A stretch of DNA of 64,000 bases, taken from an uncultured Acidobacteriota bacterium (GTDB lineage: Bacteria > Acidobacteriota > Thermoanaerobaculia > Multivoradales > JAHEKO01). Of the stretch, positions 1 to 10,013 are shown in pieces. Under the pieces are notes generated by a model. It worked only from the letters and a program-made list of their open reading frames with translations, was not told the DNA's origin and did not search any database. The stretch is from contig CAVQNG010000003.1 in assembly GCA_963713825.1 (NCBI GenBank), positions 256,001 through 320,000 of the forward strand. The letters are read 5' to 3'. The translations under genes were made by a program, and so were the position numbers. Within the stretch, counting starts at the first letter, position 1, and each line of letters opens with the position of its first letter.

Positions 1-183
1 GTGTCGCCGAAGTGGAAGATCCCAATATCGGGAATGGGCTCGTTTCTACCGGGCCAAGGCCTACATTCAGACCGGGGACCTCGAGCCCGCACGCGAGGAT
101 CTGTCCGCGGTCATGTCGATGCAGGGCGAGCTGGAAATCCAGGCACAGGAGGTTCTCGAGCAGATCCCCGACTGAGCCGAACC

Positions 184-3100
184 ATGTCGATACGGAGCTG
201 GCGGAAGGCGCTTTTCGGGGCCGGATGCGCGGTAGTTTGCACGGCTGCGCTCGCTTCACCTGACGAGTCGGTGCCCACGTCGACTTCCCGGCAGATCGAA
301 CAGCTCCTCTACACGGGCCACTACGCTGACGCGGAACGGATCGCCCACAAGCTTCTACCTCGGATCGAGGCAACCACAGATCCGGACTCGCTCGAGACCG
401 CCGCCCTTCTCGACCTACTGGTCGAGGCCTTGTGGCGCGGCGGCAAGTCGAGCCCGCCAGAAACCCTGGAGCTCGCGGACCGGGCGCTGGAGATCCGCGA
501 GGCGCAGCTGGGGGACAGCGACGTCCTGGTGGCCGACAGCCTCTTGCGCAAGGCCGACGTCCTGCTCGCCCTGGGTAGGTACGTCATGGCGGGGGAGCTG
601 CTGACCCGGGCGCTGCAGATCTACGAATCCGCCTCGGGATCCAACGACATCGACGCGGCCCGTGTGCACGACCGCCTCGGAAAGCGCTACCTGCATTCGG
701 GGCCGATCCGAGACTCCCTGTGGCACTCCGAGCTGGCGCTCGGCATCGCTGAGAGTGCTTCGCCACCAGATGAGTTGGCGCAGGCTGAGATGCTCACCGG
801 GCTCGCCGAGTTCCATCTGCATTCCTTGTCCGAGGACTACGGGACAATTGTCGAGCCGCTCGCCCGGCGAGCCCTGGAGATCCGTCGCAGAGTGCTCGGT
901 GAAGAGCACCCCCTGACCGCCGAGAGCGCCTACCAGTACGGCTACGTCCTGCACGAGCTGCATCTCCATCAGGAGGCGTTGGACCTGGTGAGTGGGGCCA
1001 TCGATTCGCTGGAGCAATCGGTGGGTCCCGAGCACTCCCTCGTCGCCGACTACCTCCAGGGCTTCCATCACCTCCAGGAGACCATGGGAGATCCGGTGGG
1101 AGCCGAGGAGAGCCTCTGGCGGTCCATTGCCATCTACGAGAGATACCCCGAGATCGGCGAGTCGGCCCTCACCTACAACGCCCTGGGGCACCTGCGGCAT
1201 CTCCAGGGCGATCTGGTCTCGGCCCGGCAGCTCTACGAGAAGGCCCTGGGAATCTCCGAGCGCACGTTCGGGCCCGAGAGTATCGAGACGGCTTCGATTC
1301 TGGGCAATCTCGGTCGGCTCGAGACCGAACTGGGGGAGCTCGAGAGCGCTCGGCGGCACCTCGAAACGAGTCTGCAGATCGCTACCGACCTCTACGGATC
1401 TAGAGGCCAGCACACAGTGATCCACTTCCTCTCGCTGGCCAGGCTCTACGTCGCCACGGGAGACTTCGAAAAAGCCGAAAGTCTGGCTCGAAGAGCCTGC
1501 AAGATGACCGAATGCCTCGCGGATTCTGACCATCCTCAGGCGATAGCCGCAGCACGGGAGCTGGGCATCGCGCTGCGTGCAGGGGGCCGGTACGAGGCAG
1601 CTCGAGAGGTCTTGAGCCAAGGTCTCGTGGCGCGCCAGCGAGCCTTCGAGGTCCGGAATCACGAGGTCGCGGAAAACCTGATCGCGCTGGCCGATCTCAT
1701 GGTCGCCATGGGCCACCGGGGAGAGGCCCTCTCGCTGTACAACGAGGCTGTGTCCATTCTCGAGCAATCCTATGGACACCAGCACCCCCGAGCCGCCGCG
1801 ATCCGGTTGAAGATCGCGGACTGTCGGATGCGCTCGGGGGAGTGGGCAGAGGCCTTCGACCAGGCCCTGCGCGCCGAGGAGGTCGGCAGGGAGCATTCCC
1901 GGCTCATGCTCACCGGGTTGAGTGAGCGGGTCGCTCTGCAATACGCAGCAAACCGTCCATCGGGCCTCGACAGAGTGCTTTCCCTATTGATCGACAGGCC
2001 GGAGTCGGGCACCAGGCAGCAAGGAATCGAGGCTCTGATCCGTTCACGAGCCTTGGTAGTGGACGAGATGGCCGACCGTCGCCAGGCATTCTCGACAAGC
2101 GCGGCCATGGGAACCTCCCGTCTGATGCAAGATCTGACGCGGTCTCGAAAAAGACTGGCTTATCTGACGGTTCAGGGACCAGGCGCCCCAGATGCGCTCG
2201 ACTCCTTTCACCTGGCGCTGGGGAATGCGAGGAGAGAGCGCGACAGGACCGAACGGGCCCTCGCCGAGGCCGACCGACGATTTCGCATTCGCGAGCAGGG
2301 AAAGGGAGTTGGTTTGGATGAAGTCAGGGCTTCGTTGCCGCCGAAGAGCGGCCTGCTCGGCCTAACCCAGTTCCGACACTTTCGAATCCCTGGAAACGGT
2401 CGCGCCGTGGACCTGGCCGCTGAGCCTGTTCCCTCGTATCTGGCCTACGTGGTTCGGGCCGACAGTACCAAGATCGAGCTCGTCGAGTTGGGAGTGGCCA
2501 GCGATATCGACGCGTTGGTCACAGAGCTGCGGGCCGAGCTCGAAAGGGAAGCACAGACCACCCTGGGGAGCTCAGCCGCTAGGGAGCAGGACTACCGCGG
2601 AGTCGCCAAGCGACTTCGCGAGCGCCTCTGGGAGCCGATCGAGTCCTATCTGGCCGGTCTCGAGCGAGTTTTTGTTGTCCCGGATGGAAGCCTCCATCTC
2701 ATCAACCTGGCCGCGCTGCCCGTTGGACAGACTGACTATCTAGCGGAGGTCGGGCCCCGACTTCACTATCTGTCCGCCGAGCGCGACCTTGTAAGAGAAG
2801 TCGCCGAGGCGAAGGGTGAAGGCCTACTGGCGATCGGCAATCCGGACTTCGACGAACTGGCGCATCTGCCCAAGACCCAGGAAGTCGGAATCGGAGCCGC
2901 CGGCTCGTCGCCTGTGTCCGAGACAGACCAGGCCGGCATGTTTCGTGGCCTTCGCTCGACGTGCGGGAGCTTTCAAGCCATGCGCTTCGAACCCTTGCCG
3001 GCCAGTGAGATCGAGGTCAAGGAAGTCGCCGAGATCTGGCAGAGTCTGGAGCCATCACCGCCCGTCACGACACTCCTCCGAGGCGAGGCTATCGAGACGA

Positions 3101-3657
3101 GCTTCAAACGTCTTGCCACGGGTCGCCAGGTGCTGCACTTATCCACTCACGGCTTCTATCTCGGTGACGACTGTCCGGTCCGCGACTTCCCTCATCTTCG
3201 CCGGACTGCTGTCGAGCTCGAGAGCCCCTTGCTGCGGTCGGGCTTGGCATTTGCGGGTGCGAATCACCGGCAAGCTGCGCTCCCGGAGGAGGACGACGGC
3301 ATCTTGACCGCCGAGGAGGTGGCGGCTCTCGATCTGTTCGGTGTCGAGTGGGCCGTCCTCTCGGCTTGCGAGAGCGGACTCGGCGACATACAGACAGGTG
3401 AAGGTGTGTTTGGCCTCCGTCGCGCCTTCGCTGCCGCAGGCGCCCGCACCCTGATCATGAGCCTATGGCCAGTGGACGACGATGTCACCCGTGAATGGAT
3501 GACGCGTCTTTACCAATACCGGTTCTTGGAAGGCTCGACTACGATCGGGGCGGTGCATCGGACCAACCTCCATCTCCTGGCAGCGCGGCGCGAGGCGGGG
3601 GCCAGCACCCATCCCTTCTACTGGGCGGGGTTCGTGGCTGCTGGGGAATGGAGGTAG
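184..3657 (+). CDS. TPR-repeat CHAT-domain (caspase-like, clan CD) protease with predicted signal peptide
   Basis: Many kinesin-light-chain-like TPR repeats (LGxxHPxxA). C-terminal CHAT motifs VPDGSLHLI, LHLSTHG (His), VLSACESGLG (Cys) and HPFYWAGF. ATG 184 chosen because it opens a signal-peptide-like segment; the frame is open from position 1. Confidence 0.9.
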   Translation: MSIRSWRKALFGAGCAVVCTAALASPDESVPTSTSRQIEQLLYTGHYADAERIAHKLLPRIEATTDPDSLETAALLDLLVEALWRGGKSSPPETLELADRALEIREAQLGDSDVLVADSLLRKADVLLALGRYVMAGELLTRALQIYESASGSNDIDAARVHDRLGKRYLHSGPIRDSLWHSELALGIAESASPPDELAQAEMLTGLAEFHLHSLSEDYGTIVEPLARRALEIRRRVLGEEHPLTAESAYQYGYVLHELHLHQEALDLVSGAIDSLEQSVGPEHSLVADYLQGFHHLQETMGDPVGAEESLWRSIAIYERYPEIGESALTYNALGHLRHLQGDLVSARQLYEKALGISERTFGPESIETASILGNLGRLETELGELESARRHLETSLQIATDLYGSRGQHTVIHFLSLARLYVATGDFEKAESLARRACKMTECLADSDHPQAIAAARELGIALRAGGRYEAAREVLSQGLVARQRAFEVRNHEVAENLIALADLMVAMGHRGEALSLYNEAVSILEQSYGHQHPRAAAIRLKIADCRMRSGEWAEAFDQALRAEEVGREHSRLMLTGLSERVALQYAANRPSGLDRVLSLLIDRPESGTRQQGIEALIRSRALVVDEMADRRQAFSTSAAMGTSRLMQDLTRSRKRLAYLTVQGPGAPDALDSFHLALGNARRERDRTERALAEADRRFRIREQGKGVGLDEVRASLPPKSGLLGLTQFRHFRIPGNGRAVDLAAEPVPSYLAYVVRADSTKIELVELGVASDIDALVTELRAELEREAQTTLGSSAAREQDYRGVAKRLRERLWEPIESYLAGLERVFVVPDGSLHLINLAALPVGQTDYLAEVGPRLHYLSAERDLVREVAEAKGEGLLAIGNPDFDELAHLPKTQEVGIGAAGSSPVSETDQAGMFRGLRSTCGSFQAMRFEPLPASEIEVKEVAEIWQSLEPSPPVTTLLRGEAIETSFKRLATGRQVLHLSTHGFYLGDDCPVRDFPHLRRTAVELESPLLRSGLAFAGANHRQAALPEEDDGILTAEEVAALDLFGVEWAVLSACESGLGDIQTGEGVFGLRRAFAAAGARTLIMSLWPVDDDVTREWMTRLYQYRFLEGSTTIGAVHRTNLHLLAARREAGASTHPFYWAGFVAAGEWR

Positions 3658-3687
3658 ACGCGACCTTCGGGCGCCGATCCCACAAGG

Positions 3688-5868
3688 TCAGCCGGAAACT
3701 GACACCGTGATGGAGCTGGAGTGAGTCTTGCCGGAATCCGGCTCGGTTGCGGTGACTTTCAGAATGTAGTCGCCCGGTTCCACACCGCTTGCACTCAGGG
3801 TTGCGGCCCATTGTGCAAGGCCAGGCTGGTCACCAGATCTCTGCTCGCCCACATTCAAGAAGACTCTTCCCGCTGGCTTTCTATCGAGCGTGAAAAGCTC
3901 GCCCTGGATCTGGACCGGGTCCCCGATGAAGTACCCAGAGAGGAGTACAGGTGTGCTCTGGCCGGGTACCAGGACAGGCTTGACGGCGGGCTCGAAGGCT
4001 TGTCCCTGCACCGTGAAGGGGTAATCGTGCTCGGACTCCTCGGCGCGCCGGCCACGGATGTTCAGCCACTGCCCCGCCGGTCCGGAAAACAGCGGCGGCA
4101 GCAGGGCCGGCTCCTGCTCACCGGCGTCCGGCACTCGAAACGGAGCTACCGCCACTCCCGAGGTGCCTGTCACCGCATTACGAACCAGCACCCTGGCGAC
4201 GTACTCGCCAGGCGGAACTTCGAACTGACTCCAGAGCTTCAGCCCCTTCTCCTCGAGGGCAGGACCCGCCTTCTGAAGATCGATGCCGAGGATCTGGCTG
4301 TAGTAGTCCCGCACCTCGCCACTCTTCGCGATGGCATAGGCGTAGATCTCAGCGGTGACCTGCCCGCCCTCGGTCCCCTTCAGCAGGTCTGCCCCATTGA
4401 TCTCGACCAACGAGGGTACATAGGCCGGTAGTGAGGCTGTTTTAAAGGGTGCGGCCAGGGTGGCGACGCCCAGCTCTCCGCCAGGCGCACCATAGAGCTG
4501 GGAGGCTGCCGACAGACTGCGCTCCGTCGTTGAGAGTTTGGCATAAGGCCTGGGCGCGAAATAGCCAGGCCGATGGACCAATCGAGCCCCTTTGGGACCG
4601 CCCTCGAGCTTCACCTTCAGTTTGTGGAACTCGCCATCCAGCTTCAGGTCCTCAGCCTGGAAAGCCAGTACATAGGTGACGCTGGTGCGCTCCAGCATCC
4701 TCTCCATGGCCTCGGACAGGTTGTTGAAGTTCTCGAAAAGCTCACCACCCGTGCCGTCGGCCAACATGAAGAGCCCTTGCTTGGTCTCTCGGCGAGCTCG
4801 TTCATCGACTCCTGATCGAAGGCCACCGATGTCGACAGCTTGGATTACGCAGTTAGCTCGCACGAGCTCTTGTAGCACGTGACGGAACTCGGTCTGAGCG
4901 GATGTGTCGCCGAAGCGCAGATTGCTGTCTACATCCTGATACTCGCCCCTGATGGCAGCGGTGTTCTGGCGCCTGATTGCCTCCTGCTCCTCACGAGTGG
5001 CGCCACCGCCCTGGCCGAGAATGATCGAGCTATCGAATCCCTCGGAGAGAAAGACGAGGTACTTTCGCCCATCGACGTTTCGTAGCAATTCGGCAACCTC
5101 TTTCAAAGACCTGGTCAAAGCCAGGATCGCCCTCTTTTCACTTGCCTGTCGAGTCGAAGTCTGACTCTGGGCAATCAGCGCTTCAAGCGTGGCTCGGGGC
5201 GTCGCTAAATCTGATTGAGGATAACGATCTTGGTTATCCTCGCCGGCCACTGCATTCAATGACGGCAGATCGCTTCCCCATGTTTCGGGCAGAGGTGCAA
5301 GCGTAAAGCCCAACGGGTCCCCTTTTGCCGCGACCAGCTGGGGAAGCCCCAAGGTGCCTATCGCAAGGTCCACTTGGCGACGGTCGGAGGAAAATCCGAG
5401 AATCAGCTGGTAGCCTCTGGAAACTTGGTGGGTCGCCACGCCGACCAGATCGGTCGGACTCAGACCGGTGGAGACGAGCTCTTTGGCTGCCTCGCGGGCC
5501 CGGACGATCGAATCGGGCGCAGAGAGTGACAGGTCGAAGAAGAAGAGGAACCGACGCCGGGCAGCGGCCGGAATCCAAGGCGCCATTGGGTCCGGCTCGA
5601 TACCTGCTCCTGACAGATCATAGGCGTCGAAGCCTGTCAGTTCCCGCCGCTTGCGGCCGTCCACGATCTCGAACTGGTCCGGGGTCAGTCCCCGTACCGG
5701 CTTGCCATCCTTGGTCACCTGCACGGGGACCTCGATGACGACCACCTCGGTCACATCCGACACGTTGGTCTTCTTGGCGGCCATAAGGCCGGAACTCGTG
5801 AGGATGCAGCCTGCCGAAAAGAGGAACCAGCCTCTCAGGTAGGTCGACCGTCTCGATGAATACCGCAT
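3688..5868 (-). CDS. VWFA-related (Acidobacterial-type) secreted protein
   Basis: Signal peptide; VPVQVTKDGKPVRGL, FLFFFDLS, RKYLVFLSEGF, LADGTGG and YVLAF...HRPGYF are typical of this family. Confidence 0.85.
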   Translation of the reverse strand: MRYSSRRSTYLRGWFLFSAGCILTSSGLMAAKKTNVSDVTEVVVIEVPVQVTKDGKPVRGLTPDQFEIVDGRKRRELTGFDAYDLSGAGIEPDPMAPWIPAAARRRFLFFFDLSLSAPDSIVRAREAAKELVSTGLSPTDLVGVATHQVSRGYQLILGFSSDRRQVDLAIGTLGLPQLVAAKGDPLGFTLAPLPETWGSDLPSLNAVAGEDNQDRYPQSDLATPRATLEALIAQSQTSTRQASEKRAILALTRSLKEVAELLRNVDGRKYLVFLSEGFDSSIILGQGGGATREEQEAIRRQNTAAIRGEYQDVDSNLRFGDTSAQTEFRHVLQELVRANCVIQAVDIGGLRSGVDERARRETKQGLFMLADGTGGELFENFNNLSEAMERMLERTSVTYVLAFQAEDLKLDGEFHKLKVKLEGGPKGARLVHRPGYFAPRPYAKLSTTERSLSAASQLYGAPGGELGVATLAAPFKTASLPAYVPSLVEINGADLLKGTEGGQVTAEIYAYAIAKSGEVRDYYSQILGIDLQKAGPALEEKGLKLWSQFEVPPGEYVARVLVRNAVTGTSGVAVAPFRVPDAGEQEPALLPPLFSGPAGQWLNIRGRRAEESEHDYPFTVQGQAFEPAVKPVLVPGQSTPVLLSGYFIGDPVQIQGELFTLDRKPAGRVFLNVGEQRSGDQPGLAQWAATLSASGVEPGDYILKVTATEPDSGKTHSSSITVSVSG

Positions 5869-5982
5869 CCGGATCTCCCGAGGCTAGGAGCGTTGAGGGA
5901 TGGGACATCTCCGCTGAACTTCGGTCCTCCAGAGTCTACCGCTTCAGAGACTCCTACGGTCAGACTTTCTCGGAGTTCCCTT

Positions 5983-6055
5983 CTGGGTGTATTACTTGAC
6001 ATATACACCCAGCAGGAGTACCCTCCCTTCAGGTGTATTGGTTTTCTAATACACC
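5983..6055. promoter_or_regulatory. Two GTGTAT-N10-ATACAC palindromes (YtrA-type operators) flanking a sigma70 promoter
   Basis: CTGGGTGTAT-N10-ATACACCCAG at 5983-6012 and GGTGTATT-N8-AATACACC at 6032-6055. TTGACA 5996-6001, 17-bp spacer, TACCCT 6019-6024. Confidence 0.85.
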
Positions 6056-6070
6056 CTGAGGCGAAACAAG

Positions 6071-6451
6071 ATGATCCTGGTCGTCGATCCACACAGCGGC
6101 ACACCGGCCTACCGGCAGATCATGGAGCAGATTCGCTTTCATGTGGACAGTGGGCTGCTCGGCCCAGGTGACGACATTCCGTCCACGCGCACGCTCTCCG
6201 CGGAGCTGGGGGTCAATCCCATGACAGTCAGCAAAGCATTCAGCCTTCTGGAGGAAGAGGGTTTGCTGGAGCGCAGGCCCGGGCTGCCCCTGGTGGTGAG
6301 CCAGAGAGCCTCCAAGGATCAGCGAGCAAGCAAGCTCGAGCAGCTCGACGCTGCCCTGCGGCCTGTGGCCACGATGGCGCGACAGCTCGGTCTCGAATCG
6401 GAGGAGGCCGTCGAGGCCTTCCGCCGCCTGCTCGAAAGCAACGAGGAGTGA
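6071..6451 (+). CDS. GntR family regulator, YtrA subfamily
   Basis: 126 aa; PAYRQIMEQIR...LGPGDDIPSTRTLSAELGVNPMTVSKAF wHTH with a short C-terminal helix; precedes an ABC ATPase. Confidence 0.93.
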   Translation: MILVVDPHSGTPAYRQIMEQIRFHVDSGLLGPGDDIPSTRTLSAELGVNPMTVSKAFSLLEEEGLLERRPGLPLVVSQRASKDQRASKLEQLDAALRPVATMARQLGLESEEAVEAFRRLLESNEE

Positions 6452-6454
6452 GTC

Positions 6455-7342
6455 ATGGACTACCCCATTCAATCCGAGAATCTGACCAAGCGATTCGACC
6501 AGATAACAGCGCTCGATGATGTAAGCCTGGCGATCCGGCCGCGGTCGATCGTCGGTCTGCTGGGAAGAAACGGCTGCGGCAAGACGACTCTCCTGCACCA
6601 CGCCGTCGGCCTCTACCTGCCAACGGAGGGTGCCATGCAGACCCTCGGCGCCGACAGCGCCCAGCTCGCCCATGAGCAGCTGACGCGCATCGGCTTCGTG
6701 CCGCAGGAGATTCGCCTGTTGGACTGGATGACCGTCGAGCACCATCTGCGCTACGTCTCGAGCTTCTATCCGCAGTGGGACTCCGACCGCCAAGACCGAC
6801 TGCTCGAGGACCTCGATCTCGACCCGAGCGCGAGGGTAGGGGCTCTGTCCACCGGGAACCTGCAGAAGCTGGCCATCCTCCTCGCCGTCTGTCATCACCC
6901 GAAATTGCTGATTCTCGACGAGCCGGTCAGCGACCTCGACCCCATCGTCAGAGCCCGTTTCCTCGAGTTCCTGCTCGAGGTGCTGCGGGAGGACAAGGCC
7001 ACGATCCTGGTCTCGAGTCACATTCTGCGCGATGTCGAGAAGATCGTCGACTGGGTTGTCTGCCTGGACGAGGGGCGCCTTATCGCCGATGCCGCTCTCG
7101 ATGACCTGAAGGAGCAATACGCCGAATGGCGGGTGGTTTCCTCAGGTGGTGACTTACCCCAGAGATTCACCGAGCCGTTCGTCCTGGAGCAACAAGTCAG
7201 CGGGAGGGAAGGTCTCCTCAGGGTCCACGTCGCCAGAGCGGATCTGAGCGCCTTCTGCGTGACCTGGGGTGTGACCATCGAGTCGCGGCCTTTGAATCTT
7301 GAGCAGATGTTCCCCCTCTTCCTCGAGGCGGCAGATCGATGA
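6455..7342 (+). CDS. ABC transporter ATP-binding protein (YtrB-like)
   Basis: Walker A GRNGCGKT, signature LSTG, Walker B LILDEP, SSH switch. Confidence 0.95.
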   Translation: MDYPIQSENLTKRFDQITALDDVSLAIRPRSIVGLLGRNGCGKTTLLHHAVGLYLPTEGAMQTLGADSAQLAHEQLTRIGFVPQEIRLLDWMTVEHHLRYVSSFYPQWDSDRQDRLLEDLDLDPSARVGALSTGNLQKLAILLAVCHHPKLLILDEPVSDLDPIVRARFLEFLLEVLREDKATILVSSHILRDVEKIVDWVVCLDEGRLIADAALDDLKEQYAEWRVVSSGGDLPQRFTEPFVLEQQVSGREGLLRVHVARADLSAFCVTWGVTIESRPLNLEQMFPLFLEAADR

Positions 7343-8802
7343 GCGACCTCAGAGCCTTCTTCACTCTCATCGGGCGCGATGCGTTCTTCTGGCTCGCCGC
7401 TCTCGGGTTGGGATGCGTCTCCATCCTCCTGGTCGCGATTACGCAGCCCCACGCTCCAACGGTCGACTACGTCGATGCCTTCATCCTGGCCAGCTTCGCC
7501 TTCCCCGCCCTGGCCGGTTGGCTGGCCGGGGCCATGATTCAGGAGCTGCAGACCTGCACCTTCACCTGGTCGCTTCCCAAAGTGCAGCCCAAGATCTCCC
7601 GAGGTTTCTTCACGTTCGGAGCGATCGTCACGGTCATCGTCGTGACCTTTGTCTCACTCCAGGGCTCGCCCTACAACCCGCTCGTGCTGGGAGCCGTCGG
7701 TCTGGCGGGCTATAGCTTCGGGGCCAACTACTACGGGCGGGTGACCTGGCACAGGACATGGCTCGCCACCATCTTTTCGCTGGCGGTCTTGTTCACCTCT
7801 CGAGGATTGGGCGGCCTGGCCAGTACGTATCCGGGGTCGACGGCCTTGTTGGCATTGGCGAGTGCCGGCTACTTCAGCTACGGCCTGCTGAGCGTCTCGA
7901 CCTTTCGGAAGGGGCGCTTTCGGTTACCGTCCCCTCTTCCAGGCGCCTTCTTCCTGCAGCGATCCCAGCGCTTCGAGCGACAGAAACAGGCGATGAGGAC
8001 ATCGCCTACCCGAGGGTGGCGATCGGGCTATCTAGGAAATACTCCCTGGAAATGGGTGCGTGCGGGTGTCCACGAAGCTTACGGCCCGCTGACTCTCGGG
8101 GTTGTCGGAAGGGCCATCGCCAGCACCTGGGTGTTGTGGCTGCTCGTCGCGCTTCACGCCTGGGTCGAGAGAGTCGAGGCGGGTGACGAGAGTTTTGGCA
8201 TCGCCCTCGGAAAGACCCTCCACGACGTTCTCCTCCGATCTCCGAATGTACCGCCGTACGGGGAGGAGGGGCCCTACGCGATGGTCGTCTTCGTCATCGC
8301 GGCCCTGGGCGCCATCCTGTGTCTCAAAGCCTCTGCGACTCCAAACAGCGGGGTGCTCTATCCCCTGTCTCGCAAAGCGTTTGCCGGCGTCGCCTTCCGA
8401 GGCGGGCAGGTAGAAGCCGGCTTCTACTTCGTGGCTATTTTCGTCGGCTTCCTTCTGGTGAGCCTGGTGGCCGGTGCACTGGTCGGCTACGAGACCCGCC
8501 TGGACTTCCTCCCCTTCTTTGTACGGCCGCTGATAGCGACTACAGTCCTGCTCCCACTGCTTCAATACGGACGGCTGCGAATGCAGGCCCCGGGTCGCCA
8601 GAAGGAGCAGAACGCCTTTCTGTTGGTCGTGGGCGGCGTCCTCGGGTTCGTCACGATGGTCTCGATCTGGACCTACTTCGCCCCACAGGTCTTCAGGACG
8701 ACGCGAGTCGAAATCGTCGCGTTCCTCGTCTTGCTGTTGACCTCTCGACTCGTCTACTGGGTCGCGGTGAGGCGCCACTTCGCCTCTGCCGACCTCGCCT
8801 GA
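7339..8802 (+). CDS. Polytopic membrane protein, probable ABC permease
   Basis: ATGA overlap with the ATPase; about 12 hydrophobic segments; no specific motif. Confidence 0.7.
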   Translation: MSDLRAFFTLIGRDAFFWLAALGLGCVSILLVAITQPHAPTVDYVDAFILASFAFPALAGWLAGAMIQELQTCTFTWSLPKVQPKISRGFFTFGAIVTVIVVTFVSLQGSPYNPLVLGAVGLAGYSFGANYYGRVTWHRTWLATIFSLAVLFTSRGLGGLASTYPGSTALLALASAGYFSYGLLSVSTFRKGRFRLPSPLPGAFFLQRSQRFERQKQAMRTSPTRGWRSGYLGNTPWKWVRAGVHEAYGPLTLGVVGRAIASTWVLWLLVALHAWVERVEAGDESFGIALGKTLHDVLLRSPNVPPYGEEGPYAMVVFVIAALGAILCLKASATPNSGVLYPLSRKAFAGVAFRGGQVEAGFYFVAIFVGFLLVSLVAGALVGYETRLDFLPFFVRPLIATTVLLPLLQYGRLRMQAPGRQKEQNAFLLVVGGVLGFVTMVSIWTYFAPQVFRTTRVEIVAFLVLLLTSRLVYWVAVRRHFASADLA

Positions 8803-8822
8803 CACGGCTGGTGTACCCTGAA

Positions 8823-9960
8823 ATGGTGACCAACTTCAGATTCCCTCGACTGGCGACGCTGGCCGTGGCGATCCTGGTGATCGGCTGCGGGGCCGACGAG
8901 GACAAACGAAATCCGGTCACCGCCGACCAAAATCACCTGGCACCTTCGGGGGCGATCGAGGTGGTGATCGAACTCGACACACCGCCCGGAAACGTCACGG
9001 TGGCGCCCGATGGGCGCGTCTTTTTCACGTTTCATCCGGCGGCGAAGCCGGCCTTGCATGTCGCCGAGGCTCTACCCGGCGGGAGCTTCGAGGTCTTCCC
9101 GGACATCGAGTGGCAGGAGCCGCGGGAGGACGGCCCCTACTTCGTTTCGCCTCTATCCTTGAGGGCCGACCGAAAAGGAAGGCTCTGGGTGCTCGACCAT
9201 GGAGACTTCGGCAAGGAGACGCCCAGCCTCACCGCCTTCGACATCGCCTCTCGAGTGATGGTCCATCGGGTCGAGTTCCCGAAAGACATCGCCAACTGGG
9301 GCTCGATGCTGAACGACTTCTGGGTCGACGACGAACGGGAGATCGTCTACATCGCCGATACCAGCGCCTACGACTTAGACCCCGCATTGATCGTCTACGA
9401 CATCGCTTCGCAAGGTGCCACCCGTCTTTTGGAGGATGACGTTTCGGTGAAGCCCGAGGACCATCACATGGTGGTCCAGGGCCGCTACATCAAGGTTTTC
9501 GGCATTCCCCTGCGGGTGGCTGTCGATTCGATCGCGCTGTCAGCCGACGGCTCGACGCTCTACTTCGGTCCCATGACCGGATCTCGCATGTACCGGATTG
9601 ATACCGAGTCTCTCCGTGACGCAAGCCTCGACAGAGTCCGAACTCGCGTCTCGAGTCCTGGAACATGGCAGCAAGCCCTCGACCGACGGCATCGCGGCCG
9701 ATTCGAAGGGCAACCTCTACCTCACCGCCATCGAGCACGACGCCGTCTGGGTGATGAGGCCCGATGGCAGCCTACAGGTGCTGGCGCAGGATCCCGAGCT
9801 TCTTTCCTGGCCAGACGGCGTCCACCTCTCTCCTGACGAGCGATGGCTCTACGTCACCGCGAGCGAGCTGCAGCATGTCCTGGGGGCCGATCTGGATGCG
9901 CTGCCGACGCAGCAGCCGTTTCGGATTCTGAGGATCCCGTTGCCAGCGGGCCTGCTGTGA
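8823..9960 (+). CDS. Major royal jelly/yellow (L-dopachrome tautomerase-related) beta-propeller lipoprotein; frameshift near 9630
   Basis: Lipobox LVIGC; RLWVLDHG, YIADTS, DSIALSADG, then in another frame KPSTDGIAAD...LSWPDG. Confidence 0.8.
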
Positions 9961-10013
9961 GATCGACCTGACCGCTCTCGCAGCCAGGCCTATCCCTCAG
10001 GTCAATTTACTCT

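Noticed and set aside
1-3657. CHAT protease as part of a type III-E CRISPR or other defence system
   Set aside because: No cas genes, array or gasdermin-like neighbour visible; no CRISPR array, tRNA, rRNA, integrase or transposase was recognised anywhere in the window.
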